NCBI RefSeq assembly: GCF_963921235.1
Contig: NC_086108.1
Span: 66,032,001 to 66,096,000, forward strand
Direction: 5' to 3'
Origin: Mobula hypostoma
Taxonomy: Eukaryota
Length of the DNA stretch: 64,000 nucleotides
The number at the start of each line of letters is the position of its first letter. The stretch's first letter is position 1. The notes beneath the pieces are model-generated. The model saw nothing but the letters and a program-made list of their open reading frames with translations. It did not search any database and was not told where the DNA came from. Shown piece by piece: positions 1-12,554 of this stretch. Both the position numbers and the translations under genes were made by a program.

Positions 1-2221
1 TCACAACTCTATCTCCTTTACCATAGCATTGGAGAGGGATAGGAACAGACAAGTTAGGAATGTGTTTATTTGGAGTAAGGGGAAACATGAGGCTGTCAGG
101 CAGGAACTTGGAAGCATAAATTAGAAACAGATGTTCTCAGGGAAACGTATGGAAGCAATGTGGCAAATGTTCAGGGGATATTTGCGTGGATTCTGCATAG
201 GTACATCCCATGAGACAAGGAAAGGATGGTAGGGTTCAGGAACTGTGGTGTACAAAGGCTGTTGTAATCTAGTCAAGAAGACAAGACGAGCTTATGAAAG
301 TTTCAAAAAACTAGGCAATGATGGAGATCGAGAAGATTATAAGGCTAGCAGGAGGGAGCTTAAGAAGGAAATTAGGAGAGCCAGAAAGAGCCATGAGAAG
401 GCCTTGGCGGACAGGATTAAAAAAACCCCAAGAATGTGAATAGCAAGAGGATAAGATGTGAGAGAATAGAACCAATCAAATGTGACTGTGGAAAAGTGTG
501 TTGGAACCGGAAGAGATAGCAAAGGTACTTAATGAGTACTTTGCTTCAGTATTCACTGCGAAAAAGGGTCATGGCGATTGTAGGGATGACTTACAACGGA
601 CTGAAAAGCTTGAGCATGAAGATATTAAGGAAAAGGATGTGCTGGAGCTTTTGGAAAGCATCAAGTTGCATAAGTCACGCAGATGAAATGTACCCCAGGC
701 TACTGTGGGAGGCAAGGGAGGAGATTGTTGAGCCTCTGATGATGGTCTTTGCATCATCAATGGGTATGGGAGACGTTCCAGAGGATTGGAGGGTTGCGGA
801 TGCTGTTCCATTATTCAAGAAAGGGTGTAGAGCTAGCCCAGGAAATTGTAGACAAGTGAGTCTTACTTCAGTGGTTGGTAAATTGATGGAGAAGATCCTG
901 AGAGGCAGGATTTATGAACATTTGAAGAGGTATAATATGATTAGGAATAGTCAGCATGGCTCTGTCAAAGGCAGGTCATGCCTTACAAGCCTGATTGAAT
1001 TTTTTGAGGATGTGACTAAATTCATTGATGAAGGTCGAGCCATGGATGTAGTGTATATGGATTTTAGCAAGGCATTTGATAAGGTACCCCATGCCAGGCC
1101 TATTGAGAAAGTAAGGAGGCATGTGATCCAAGGGGACATTGCTTTGTGGATCCAGAATTGGCTTGCCCACAGAAGGCAAAGAGTGGTTGTAGATGGGTCA
1201 TATTCTGCATGGAGGTCGGTGACCAGTGGTGTGCCTCAGGGATCTGTTCTGGGATCCCTACTCTTAATGATTTTTATAAATGACCTGGATGAGGAGGTGG
1301 AGAGATGGGTTAGTAAATTTGCTGATGACACAAAGGTTGGGGGTGTTGTGGATAGTGTGGAGGGCTGTCAGAGGTTACGGCGGGACATTGATAGGAGGCA
1401 AAACTGGGCTGAGAAGTGGCAGATGGAGTTCAACCCAGATAAGTGTGAGGTGGTTCATTTTGGTAGGTCAAATTTGATGGCAGAATGTAATATTAATGTT
1501 AAGACTCTTGGCAGTGTGGAGGATCAGAGGGATCTTGGGGTCCAAGTACATAGAACACTCAAAACTGCTGCTCAGGTTGACTGTGATTAAGAAGGCATCC
1601 GGTGCATTGGCCTTCATCAGTTTAAGAGCCCAGAGGTAATGTTGCAACTATATTGGACCCTGGTCAGGCCCCACTTGTGCTCAATTCTGGCTGCCTCACT
1701 ATAGGAAGGATGTGGAAACAATAGAAAGGGTGCAGAGGAGATTTAAAAGGATGTTGCCTGGTTTGGGGGGCATGTCTTATGAGAACAGGTTGAGTGAACT
1801 CGGCCTTTTCTCCTTGGTGCAACGGAGGATGAGAAGTGACCTGATAGAGGTGTACAAGATAATGAGAGGCATTGATTGTGTGGATAGTCAGAGGCTTTTT
1901 CCCAGGGCTGAAATGACTAGCACGAGAGGGCACAGTTTTAAGCTGTTTGGAAGTAAGTACAGAGGAGATGTCAGGGGTAAGTTTTTTACGCAGAGAGTGG
2001 TGAGAGCGTGGAATGGGCTGCTGGCAACAGTGGTGGAGGCGGAAACAATAGGGTCTTTTAAGAGACTCCTGAATGAGTACATGGAGATTAGAAAAATAGA
2101 GGGCTATGGGTTACCCTCGGAAATTTCTAAGGTAAGGACATGTTTGGCACAGCTTTGTGGGCTGAAGGACCTGTATTGTGCTGTAGAGTTTCTATGTTTC
2201 CAGATATTTTTCTATGTTTCT
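1..2221 (+). mobile_element. CR1-clade LINE, family A; ORF2 RT region plus 3' end, frameshifted, runs off the window start
   Basis: RT motifs [30 protein letters not shown] and KFADD in ORF 532-1590. CR1 C-terminus (ERVQRRF, FFTQRVV..WN) and TTTCTATG tail repeats at about 2188-2221. Confidence 0.92.
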
Positions 2222-3690
2222 CAAACTGTTGACAATACTTCGTGAGGCCTGACTAGTGTCTTCTAAAGCCTCAGCATTATCTCCTTGGTTTTATATTCTA
2301 TTCCCCTTGAAGTAAATGCCAACATTGCATTTGCCTTCTTTACCACAGACTCAACCTGTAAATTAACTTTCTAGGAGCCTTGCACGAGGACTCCTAAGTC
2401 TCTCTGCACCTCTGATGTTTCAACCACCTCCCCATTTAGATAATAATCCACATCATTGTTCCTTTTACCAAACTGCATTATTGTACATTTTCCAACATTG
2501 TATTCCATCTGCCACATTTTTTGCCCATTCTTCCAATTTTTCTAAGTCCTGCTGCAATCGCATTGCTTCCTCAGCACTAACCACCCCTCCACATATTTTC
2601 GTTTCATCCGCAAACTTTGTGACAAAGCCATCAATTCCATTATCCAAATCATTGACAAAGCATGTGAAAAAAGTGGTCCCAGTACTAGCCCCTGAGGAAC
2701 ACTACTAGTTACTGGCAACCAACCAGAAAATGCTCCCTTTATTCCCACTCGCTGCCTCCTGCCTGTCAGCCATTCATCTACCCATGTCAATATCTTTCCT
2801 GTAATGCTATTGGATTTTATGTTGTTAAGCAGCCTTGTGTATGGTACCTTATCAAATGCCTTCTGAAAATCCAATTAAATCCACGGCCTTTCTTTTTCCA
2901 CCCTGCTTGTTACTTCCTCAAAGAACTCTAACAGTTTTGTCAATCAAGATTTCCCTTCACAGAAACCATCCTGATTTTGACTTATTTTATCATTGGTCTC
3001 CAAGTAACCCAAAACCTCATCCTTAATAATAGGCTCCAACATTTTCCCATCCACTGAGGTTCGGCTAAATGCCCTATAATTTCCTTTCTTTTGTTTTCAT
3101 CCCTTCTTAAAGACTGGAGTGAAATTTGCAATCTTTCAGTCCTCTGGGACCATGCCAGAATCAAGTGATTCTTGAAAGGTCATGACTAATGCATCCGTTA
3201 TTTCTTCAGCAACCTCTCTCAGGACTCTGGGAGGTAGTTCACCTTTGATTTCCCCTAGCACTTTTTCCTTTGTAATAGCAAGGGCACTCATTCCTGCTCC
3301 CCAGCGTTCACGGACCTCTGGCACACAGCTAGTGCCTTCCACAGTGAAGTCTGATGCAAAGTACGAATTAAGTTCATCTGACATTTCTTTGAGCCCCATT
3401 ACTACCTCACCAGCATCATTTTCCAATGGTCCAATATCAATTCTCACCTCCTGTTTACTCTTCATATAACTAAAAAACTTCTAATATCCTGCTTTATATC
3501 ATTAGCTAGTTTGCCCTCATATTTCATGTTTTCCCTTCTTATAGCCTTTTAGTCACCTTTTGTTGAATTTAAAAGTTTCCCAATCATCCAACTTCCCACT
3601 CACTTTGGCTACCTTATATGCCCTTTCCTTGGCTTTTTTATACAGTCCTTATCTGCCCTTGTCAGCCACGGTTGCTTAGCCCTGCCATTG
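2222..3690 (-). mobile_element. Degraded CR1 LINE ORF2 fragment, probably the host of the 1-2221 insertion
   Basis: Minus-strand ORFs with DFQKAFDKVP, VPQGLVLGP, KFADETK and ELNSYFAS. Many frameshifts. Confidence 0.85.
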
Positions 3691-3909
3691 CACAGGTCAT
3701 ACCATCCCCAGAAGAGAACAGGAGTACATCCCACTAATATTCTGAAGGCCCATTAATTTACACCTTTACTATCTTCCTTGGTTGCTCTTTTACAAATATT
3801 TCTTACAGCAGTTTAGTGCTTTTAAAGTTGCTTTACTGGAAATGTTAACCTACATGATTAAAACATAGCCACCTGAACAGTTACATTTTTGGACCAGAGA
3901 ATTTTCCAG

Positions 3910-4872
3910 TCAAGGTGGCGCCATCAAACAATGATTCTGTGGATGACATCTTTCAGATAGTTAATCTCTTCAATTGTGTCCCTTTCTCTACGTCTTCTGC
4001 TTGTTCGTTTATTCTTGATTGTGTTACAGAAACTGTTGGAGGCTGTGACATGCAGTTTTGAAATCGATCGAATGACTTTGCACTCAGCTGTACCCAGAGA
4101 TCTGCCTCGAGGAGAAGACCAGAGACAGCGTTCCGAAAAGGACCGAGAAAATGAACTAGAACAAGCAAGAGATGGGACGCCATTTCGAATATTCAGGAAG
4201 ATTGAAGCATCCAGGCGATTGTGGAGGGGGTCAGCGATCACTCGTAATGGAGGTCTTGGGGGCATTGATCAGACCCGGTGTGTTGGTTGCTCTTCGCGGA
4301 AGGTCTGAGTTCAGGTGGCTGCTCTCCTTGTATGCTGACGAGATGTTTTTGATATTCTGAGACTTATGTGATTATTGGACTACTTTATATTCGTCTCCTT
4401 CAGCTTTTCAGTGTTTTCTTTCTGGTAGCCTGTTGGCAGGTGTGCAATATGTTAGTTTTTGTGAGGGGAAGGGGCTAGGGATTTGGGATCAGATTTTCTT
4501 GGTGTTTTTCTGGGTGGACGAGTCTCTCATTTTTTTGTGTTGGGGATTTGATTATCTTGTTGCTGTTCTTTCCTTTGAGGGAAGGGGTTAGCGGTTTTGC
4601 TGCTCTTGTCTGTTTTTTTTTCCTGAGGATGAGCAGGAGGTTAGGAATTTTATATTATTGTCAATGTTTTTTCCTCTGTGAGGGAGAGGGTTTCTGGGGT
4701 TTGCAGGCTTTGTTTTGATGCTTTTTGTGCAGGGGGGTGGTTGGTAATTGTTGTCTTTTCTTTCAACAATGTCCATGGTTTTTCTGTATTTCAAGGCTAC
4801 CTGGAGAAGATGAATATCAGAGTTGTATTGTACATGAATATTTTGACTATAAAATGAAACTTCAAGCCTTTT
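3910..4872 (+). mobile_element. Putative non-autonomous, non-coding retroposon with a Rex1-type 3' tail
   Basis: Starts with a CAAGGTGGCGCC head and has a GT-rich body. Its 3' end (agatgaatatcagagttgta...tttgactataaaatgaaacttcaa) resembles the tails at 33405-33472 and 58820-58890. Confidence 0.5.
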
Positions 4873-5819
4873 AACCTACTGATATAAACTTTGATCAAAT
4901 TGCTTGCTGTGTACCAAGTCCAACTTGGATCTGCAAAGCACAATGGTAATATTGGAGCATAAATAAGACACAAAATATGCTCATTAATATTTGATTAAAA
5001 GAGATTAGAAATGTTTAGCAGGTGAACTGAGAAAAGTCTTACTTGATGCCAATTGGCCTTTGATTTCCTTCAGAAAAGTTGTGTGTCATTTACATTATAT
5101 CATTAGGCCCTCTTCTGTCAGTATTACCTCAGTAGTTTGAAAGACCTGTGGTCATTCACCTCTTTAAAATTTCTAGCTTTAGAAAGAGATTACTAATTGA
5201 AACCAGAGCAGATTTCTGGATCAGTTCAAAGGGCCCTGAGGACTCCATGCAGAATGATAATTAAAATGTTGTGGAGCTTTTGTAAGTAAAAGGATTGCTT
5301 AAAAATAACCTGAGACTGCAAACACAGAGGATACAAGACTAAATCACACCTGTTGTGTATGTTCATTTCTGGACATTTTACCTCAGAATGCAACTGAATC
5401 CAAGGGTTAAAGTAAAATCAAAAATTATGGAGAAGCATAATCTCTCCTTTTATTTTAACCCTTGAAGTATTATCTTCAAGATAGGGCAGTGTTTTTTATA
5501 ATGTAAAAGACTCAAGTTGATTTGTAAACCTATTTTGTGGAGAATATACAGGGTAAATGGACTGGTATGTTTTTTCTGCAGATTAGGGACAACCACACAT
5601 TTTAATGCTGAATTAAGGATTATTTGTGGAAATTTCTAATTTGTCCTCAATAGAAGAATTGATGCTGCTTCTGTTGTTCATGTTACCTGATATGCTCACT
5701 TGATCATTTCTGATCAAATTACACTATTGGAAGGTATTTGCCAAGGTTCTAATAATAATTTCAGCATTTCTGTGTACTGAATCCTTTCTACATGTTTGCT
5801 GGTAGAGTAGAAACAATTG

Positions 5820-6016
5820 GGGCGTATGGGGTGTCCAGGGAGCGATAGGACCTCTGGTGAAAGGACTTGTCATGCCCGTTGTGGGACAGCTCACTCACCA
5901 TTGGGCTTCACAGGACATCAGCTCTCACTTGTGGCTCAAGAAGCTGTTTGCATGTGATGACAGCCACACCCCAGTACACCCCTTGGACAGGCCAAGCTAA
6001 ACCAGGTGAGGATAGC
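5820..6016 (+). mobile_element. 5' part of a GC-rich non-coding repeat (RTE 5'UTR/SINE-like), split by later insertions; continues at 7883-7920 and probably at about 8680-8958
   Basis: The sequence reads through across the GATAGC duplication flanking the CR1 (…ggtgag GATAGC / GATAGC caatggg…). It contains an HDV-like pairing scheme. The RTE assignment is inference. Confidence 0.45.
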
Positions 6017-7876
6017 TTTCATAGATATGTGAAAAGAAGAAGATGGGTTAAGACAAATGTAGGTCCCTTACAGTCAGAAACAGGTGAATTGATCATGGGG
6101 AACAAGGACATGGCAGACCGATTGAATAACTACTTTGGTTCTGTCTTCACTAAGGAGGACATAAATAATCTTCCGGAAATAGAAGGGGACAAAAGGTCCA
6201 GTGAGATGGAGGAACTGAGGGAAATAAATGTTAGTAGGGAAATGGTGGTAGGTAAACTGAAGGGATTAAAGGCAGATAAATCCCCAGGGCCATGATGGTC
6301 TGCATTCGAGGGTGCTTAAGGAAGTAGCCCAAGAGATAGTGGATGCATTAGTGATAATTTTTCAAAACTCTTTAGATCCTGGATTAGTTCCTCAGGATTG
6401 GAGGGTGGCTAATGTAACCCCGCTTTTTAAAAAAGGAGGGAGAGAGAAACTGGGGAATTAGAGACTGGTTGGCCTGACGTCAGTGGTGGGGAAAATGCTA
6501 GAGTCAGTTATCAAAGATGTGATAACAACACATTTGGAAAGTGGTGAAATCATTGGACAAAGTCAGCATGGATTTGTGAAAGGAAAATCATGTCTGACGA
6601 ATCTCATAGAATTTTTTGAGGATGTAACTAGTAGAGTGGATAGGGGAGAACCAGTGGATGTGGTATATTTGGATTTTCAAAAGTCTTTTGACAAGGTCTC
6701 ACACAGGAGATTAGTGTGCAAACTTAAAGCACACGGTATTGGGGGTATGGTATTGATGTGGGTAGAGAATTGGTTGGCAGACAGGAAGCAAAGAGTGGGA
6801 ATAAACGGGACCTTTTCAGAATGGCAGGCAGTGACTAGTGGGGTACCGCAAGGCTCTGTGCTGGGACCCCAGTTGTTTACAATATATATTAATGACTTAG
6901 GTGAGGGAATTAAATGCAGCATCTCCAAGTTTGCAGATGACACAAAGCTGGGCAGCAGTGTTAGCTGTGAGGAGGATGCTAAGAGGATGTAGGGTGACTT
7001 GGATAGGTTAGGTGAGTGGGCAAATTCATGGCAGATGCAATTTAATGTGGATAATTGTGAGGTTATCCACTTTGGTGGCAAGAACAGGAAAACAGATTAT
7101 TATCTGAATGGTGGCCGATTAGGAAAAGGGGAGGTGCAACGAGACCTGGGTGTCATTGTACACCAGTCATTGAAAGTGGGCATGCAGGTACAGCAGGCGG
7201 TGAAAAAGGCGAATGGTATGCTGGCATTCATAGCAAGAGGATCCGAGTACAGGAGCAGGGAGGTTCTACTGCAGTTGTACAAGGCCTTGGTGTGACCACA
7301 CTTGGAGTATTGTGTGCAGTTTTGGTCCCCTAATCTGAGGAAAGACGTTCTTCCCATAGAGGGAGTACAAAGAAGGTTCACCAGATTGATTCCTGGGATG
7401 ACAGGACTTTCATATGAAGAAAGACTGGATCAACTGGGCTTATACTTGTTGGAATTTAGAAGATTGAGGGGGGATCTTATTGAAACGTATAAAATTCTAA
7501 AGGGACTGGACAGGCTAGATGCAGGAAGATTGTTCCCGATGTTGGGGAAGTCCAGAATGAGGGGTCACAGTTAAGGGTTAAGGGGAATCCTTTTAGGACC
7601 GAGATGAGGAAAAACTTCTTCACACAGAGAGTGCTGAATCTGTGGAATTCTCTGTCACAGGAAACAGTTGAGGCCAGTTCATTGGCTATATTTAAGAGGG
7701 AGTTAGATATGGCCCTTGTGACTAAAGGGATGGGGGGGCGCGTATGGAGAGAAAGCAGGTACAGGGCTCTGATACAGAGTTGGATGATCAGCCATGATCA
7801 TACTGAATGGTGGTGCAGGCTCGAAGGGCCAAATGGCCTATTCCTGCACCTATTTTCTATGTTTCTATGTTTCTAT
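6017..7876 (+). mobile_element. 5'-truncated CR1 LINE, family B, with TSD
   Basis: RT motifs in ORF 6483-6992 (YLDFQKSFDKV, GVPQGSVLGP, KFADD) with several stops. (TTTCTATG)n tail. Flanking GATAGC at 6011-6016 and 7877-7882. Confidence 0.93.
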
Positions 7877-7920
7877 GATAGCCAATGGGCCTCATATCCT
7901 GATGAGATAGGGATATGCAT

Positions 7921-8675
7921 GTTCAAGTTCAAGTTTAATTATCATTCAACCATTCATAAATATAATCAAAACAAAACAATGTTCCTCTAGGGCCAAGAGG
8001 CAAAACACATTACTAGCAACACGCAGTTTTCTGTACATAGCATAATTGGTTATGATTTCAGAAAAAAAACATGCAGTCACAAAGAGCAACAACGAAAAAT
8101 ATATCCCCAGTGTCTTGAGTGACATGACTGTAGAACTGGTCGTAATTTGTCCTGGTCCAGCTTGTTCTTCTACCAAACAAACACAGGAGAGCAGTACCGA
8201 CGGGATGGCCAGACCCCAAACCAAACACGGTTCCAGCGTGCCCCACGGGTGTTCTCGCATATTGCCTCAGCATCTCCTCTGCTGGTCAGCTTCAAAAGGC
8301 GACGCCGCGACCTCGACCTTGTTCTCGCCACAACCGAGGTAATGCAGCTCCCCAGCCGTCGGTCTCACCAATGAACCAGTGAACCGGACAGTATTCTAGA
8401 TTACCAATATCCAACAGGTCTTCTGATCACAATAAAAAACATCCAAGACAATCACTCGAACTGCGTACCATCCAACGGTACACGGCAAGTCCAGGCCACA
8501 ACACAACAATAATACGCTCCATCACTACGGAGTAACTCACTGATGGGATAGTCTTGCAGCACTTGATGTTCTTTGTATCCATCAGTGACTTGCAATCATA
8601 AAAAAGACGAACAAATGCACCTTGGATTGGACTTGGAGCAGCCACTGTGGCCCAGCGCACCGCCATCTTTACAGA
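7921..8675 (-). mobile_element. Non-coding retroposon with AAGATGGCG head and (AACTTG)n tail
   Basis: The minus strand begins aaagatggcggtgcgc near 8670 and ends aattaaacttgaacttgaac at 7921. No coding homology is visible in between. Confidence 0.5.
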
Positions 8676-11149
8676 AATATATGTGAAGTCCACTCCTTCG
8701 GAATGAGCTGGATAAGATCAACAGTGGGATCCAACTGCTAAGAACAAGGTTCTCCAACGCTTCATGAGAGAGTGAGGGGTATGACAAACACTGAAGATGT
8801 CATGGTCATCTACTGCAACCAAGGAAGACCCCAATTTGTGACAACTACTGGACCTGGACTTCCAAGGTCGAGACATTGGAACAGCCCCAGTTTAAAAACT
8901 TGAAAAACTTTCCCGCATAGGTCTCCTGTCATTGTTGGATACGACGGACAACTAACAGTTAAAAAGAAACCAAAATTATTTGAAAATAACAGGCTTTAAA
9001 ATCACTTGCCTATTTAACGGCAGCTAAAGTCATTTAAACAACCTGTGCAGTATGTTCAACGGAGGCTCAGTATTATTTTGCATCAATTTTAATTGTACTC
9101 AGAATGATACTATGCTATCATTTTATTAAATTCTTCTGGCAGTTGGAACCGTGATCTCAGAATCATAGAAGAAACAGCCGAAATATGGCTATATTCCAAC
9201 AGCAACTTTTACGGAACGTCTTCAGTTTCCTCATTCTGGAAATGTTTGAAGTTAAGATGAACAGAATGAAGTACTTTAACGTTGTATTTTCTTACTTTGC
9301 TAATCAGTCCAAAAAATTATCGAATTGTCTTGCTTACAGTATTTACTGAGTTTATGTCCACTTCAAATATGCACAGTAAAACTTACTCCCAGTAAGGTAC
9401 AGACAAAATTTTCCCGGTCCTTGAATAGAAGGAAAAACCGGCCAGGTAGAATACCTGATCTAATTTGGATGTTGGAAATATAGAAATAATACGATCACAA
9501 ATGTACACGAGCGAATTATGTGTTTAATGTCACGAGCACCCAAAGGATGGTTGCGACACCACTACTCAGATGAAATTTAGAATAGAGGCCATCCATAAAA
9601 TTAATACCGTGTAAACATAATTGCATCATTTGCCTTTATGAGCTTAGCAAAAATATTGAAGCTGATGCTTGTTTTAAAGTATAAAACCTGTAAATGGATC
9701 GAACACAAAACATTTAATTCGAATCGTAATGGTATCTCATTTACAGGTTTCTAAAGTAAATATAATACAACGTAGAAATGAAATACAATTTAGAAAAAAG
9801 GTGTTTTCTTGAAATTGAAGTATTTAGTTTGCGCTTCAAACAACTTCTGCCTTTCTGCGGAGAGACACAGGTCAGTCTGGTTCTCTGAAGGGGAAGGTCC
9901 GATTAAAAAGCTTTGTGCTTGACTGGAGACCAGGGTCAGGCAAAGAGGCAACTTTTACCTGAGATAACAAACTCCGGAACACACCAAGACCAAACATCAG
10001 ATCTTCACACTAGGGTCCACGATAGCAGCCTTAAGCCACTCGTGGCTCGACCCGAAATCCTTGGGATGGAGTTTACCACTAAAGCCACCCGCTTTCCGCG
10101 CATATTTCTGTAATTCGTAATTAACCTGTGATTATTCCTCTTTCCAAATCTTCCTGATACGAGTCGGTTGAATGTTATAATGATGCCTCAACCGGCAACA
10201 ACATTGCTGTTGCAGAGATCAGCGCCGATGAACTGTCATCTTATAAAGTCTTTTTTCTTTCCCTGATAAAAGATGTCATAAAATTAACTCCAAAGAGGAT
10301 GGGAAATCTCGGATTTTAACGCCGAATATCAACATTATTTTAAAATTTCAATACAGAAATGGATAAACATGAAAGGTTAACTGTAAGTTCGCAGGACAAC
10401 TTTCATACAAATGCCTGAACTAATTAATTTCGTCATCTAATAATTACTTAAATAACGATGTAGAAATAACGCTCATAACATGTTCGCAGATAATTCCAAT
10501 TATCCAATGCACGACAGCTATTAAAGGGGTAAACTCAACTTTTCTAAAAGTTATAAATATCCGTCCGCAATATTCGCTGCAGCAGAACTTCGAAAACCGA
10601 TACACAAATGTACAACTTTCTAACGCGAATGATTTATAGGAAAGATCCCACTTCAAATGATTAAACTGATTTTAATAACTCTCAATGCAATTTCTTTGAG
10701 TAATTATAGATGAACGAAATTGCTTAATTTTCAATATATTTTTATGCAAAATAGACACATCATATAGTGATTTAACAATTTGACCATGTTGTCGAAACTC
10801 TAAGGTTAGTTAATCCATTCTTAACTTTACTCGTTTAAAACAATGCCATACGTATTTAATAAAATTAGCGGAATGTGTGCTTCATGATCTAGGGGACCGT
10901 ACCGCCGCACTGGACGGCAATTACCACTCAGTTCGAAACGAAAGTCTGCAATGCAGAACAATAGTCGATATTAAATTCAGCTCCAGTCACCCTGACCTTA
11001 ACGCATCCTTACGCACTTTCTAAACCGTCTCCTGGTTCTCCTTACTGACCACTTCCTATAAAGCACGTATCAAGAATTCTAAGGAGAAGCGAGTTGTTAT
11101 TACATTGTGCACCTCTCTGGAGAGACCCTTTAGGAAGGTGGGTGGGCAT

Positions 11150-11250
11150 GCTAATTGAAGCACTGACACAATGAGGGCAAATAGGGTGGCGCCAGCCTCC
11201 TTTTGCTCTGACATATAAACCAGGTGGCGTCAGTTCAACACCTGATCCCG
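11150..11250 (+). promoter_or_regulatory. Probable FOXE1 core promoter with TATA box
   Basis: TATAAA at 11214-11219, about 135 nt upstream of the ATG at 11352. A second TATAAA lies at 11057-11062. The TSS cannot be determined from sequence alone. Confidence 0.5.
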
Positions 11251-11351
11251 GCCTCTTCGGTAGCAAGCATTACGCCGGACTGCCCAGAGCAGACCTCAGG
11301 CTGAAGTTTATGAATCTAACCGACATCTCGTACTTTACTGGCGCATGCACC

Positions 11352-12554
11352 ATGACTGCAGAGTCTCAGCAGTCACCCACCGAAGCCTCCACCGCTTCGG
11401 TGCCCCTGGAGAGCTCAGCGGATATATCACTGGAGACTCCGGGGAAGAACGAGGTGATGGTCAAATCGGAGCCGCAGGGCAGCACGCCGATCACGGAGAG
11501 AGAGGACGAAGAAATTGGGGACATTGAAGGACTCATCCCCACTTCAGGAAGCAGGAGGAGGAAGCGCCCTATCCAACGCGGTAAACCTCCTTACAGTTAC
11601 ATCGCTCTTATCGCCATGTCCATTGCCAACTCGCCAGAAAGAAAGCTGACGCTTGGAGGAATTTACAAGTTTATAATGGACCGGTTCCCATTCTATAGGG
11701 AAAATTCCAAAAAGTGGCAAAATTCCATAAGGCACAACCTAACGCTCAATGATTGTTTTGTGAAGATCCCCCGTGAACCCGGGCGCCCCGGGAAGGGCAA
11801 TTACTGGACGCTAGACCCGGCAGCTGAAGATATGTTCGATAACGGAAGCTTTTTACGTCGGAGGAAACGTTTCAAGCGCTCAGACATCACTACTTACCCA
11901 GGTTACATGCAGAATTCCAGTGCCTTCACCCCCACTCCGGTTGGGAGACCTTCCTATCCCAATGCACTGTATCCCAGCGTGTGTTCGGCCTATAGCCCGC
12001 AGGTCCACAGCAGTAGCCACAACCCGGCCATGCTGCATCCCTACCAGGGGGCAGCGGTTAGTCAGGCCCAACACAGGATGTTCAGTATTGACAATCTCAT
12101 CGGGCCACAATCCGTTTTGCAGGCTTCATCGGGGATTGACTTAAACTCTCACTTAAACGGAGATATTGGACCAATGGTCAGTTGCTCTATTGGCGGAGTG
12201 GACGTTTCCAGTTTTCAACCACAGTCCGCCAGCCCTACTGGGTCCGGGGCAGGGGCCGGGGCCGGGTTGAACAGGTCTTCCAACAGCATTACTTCTAATA
12301 CGACCTATTCGTATTCTGCATCCCCTCCTCACCTATCTATATCTCAAGCCAGCTACTCTGCCAATAACACCCAGATGTACTGTCCTTCCAATCGACTTGC
12401 CATGCCGCCCATGAGACCCAACTCCTGCTCAGATCACAGCGATCAGCTTTTGGGTTTATCCAACCATCAGATGAACGGACTTGCACAGTTCAATGCCAAT
12501 AATTCATACATGCGACAAGCAAACTGTGCACCCGCCCTTGACAGATTCATGTAG
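11352..12554 (+). CDS. FOXE1: Forkhead box protein E1 (thyroid transcription factor 2), single-exon gene
   Basis: Uninterrupted ORF 11310-12554. The strong-Kozak start gcaccATGa at 11352 gives the N-terminus MTAES, as in tetrapod FOXE1. Forkhead domain [22 protein letters not shown]...[35 protein letters not shown]...[17 protein letters not shown] is FoxE class, and the KRSD.T/STYP extension favours FOXE1 over FOXE3. eh1-like FSIDNLI at 12081-12101. Confidence 0.92.
   Translation: MTAESQQSPTEASTASVPLESSADISLETPGKNEVMVKSEPQGSTPITEREDEEIGDIEGLIPTSGSRRRKRPIQRGKPPYSYIALIAMSIANSPERKLTLGGIYKFIMDRFPFYRENSKKWQNSIRHNLTLNDCFVKIPREPGRPGKGNYWTLDPAAEDMFDNGSFLRRRKRFKRSDITTYPGYMQNSSAFTPTPVGRPSYPNALYPSVCSAYSPQVHSSSHNPAMLHPYQGAAVSQAQHRMFSIDNLIGPQSVLQASSGIDLNSHLNGDIGPMVSCSIGGVDVSSFQPQSASPTGSGAGAGAGLNRSSNSITSNTTYSYSASPPHLSISQASYSANNTQMYCPSNRLAMPPMRPNSCSDHSDQLLGLSNHQMNGLAQFNANNSYMRQANCAPALDRFM

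Noticed and set aside
7898..7920. CTGATGAG as another hammerhead core
   Set aside because: No stem II or GAAA follows.
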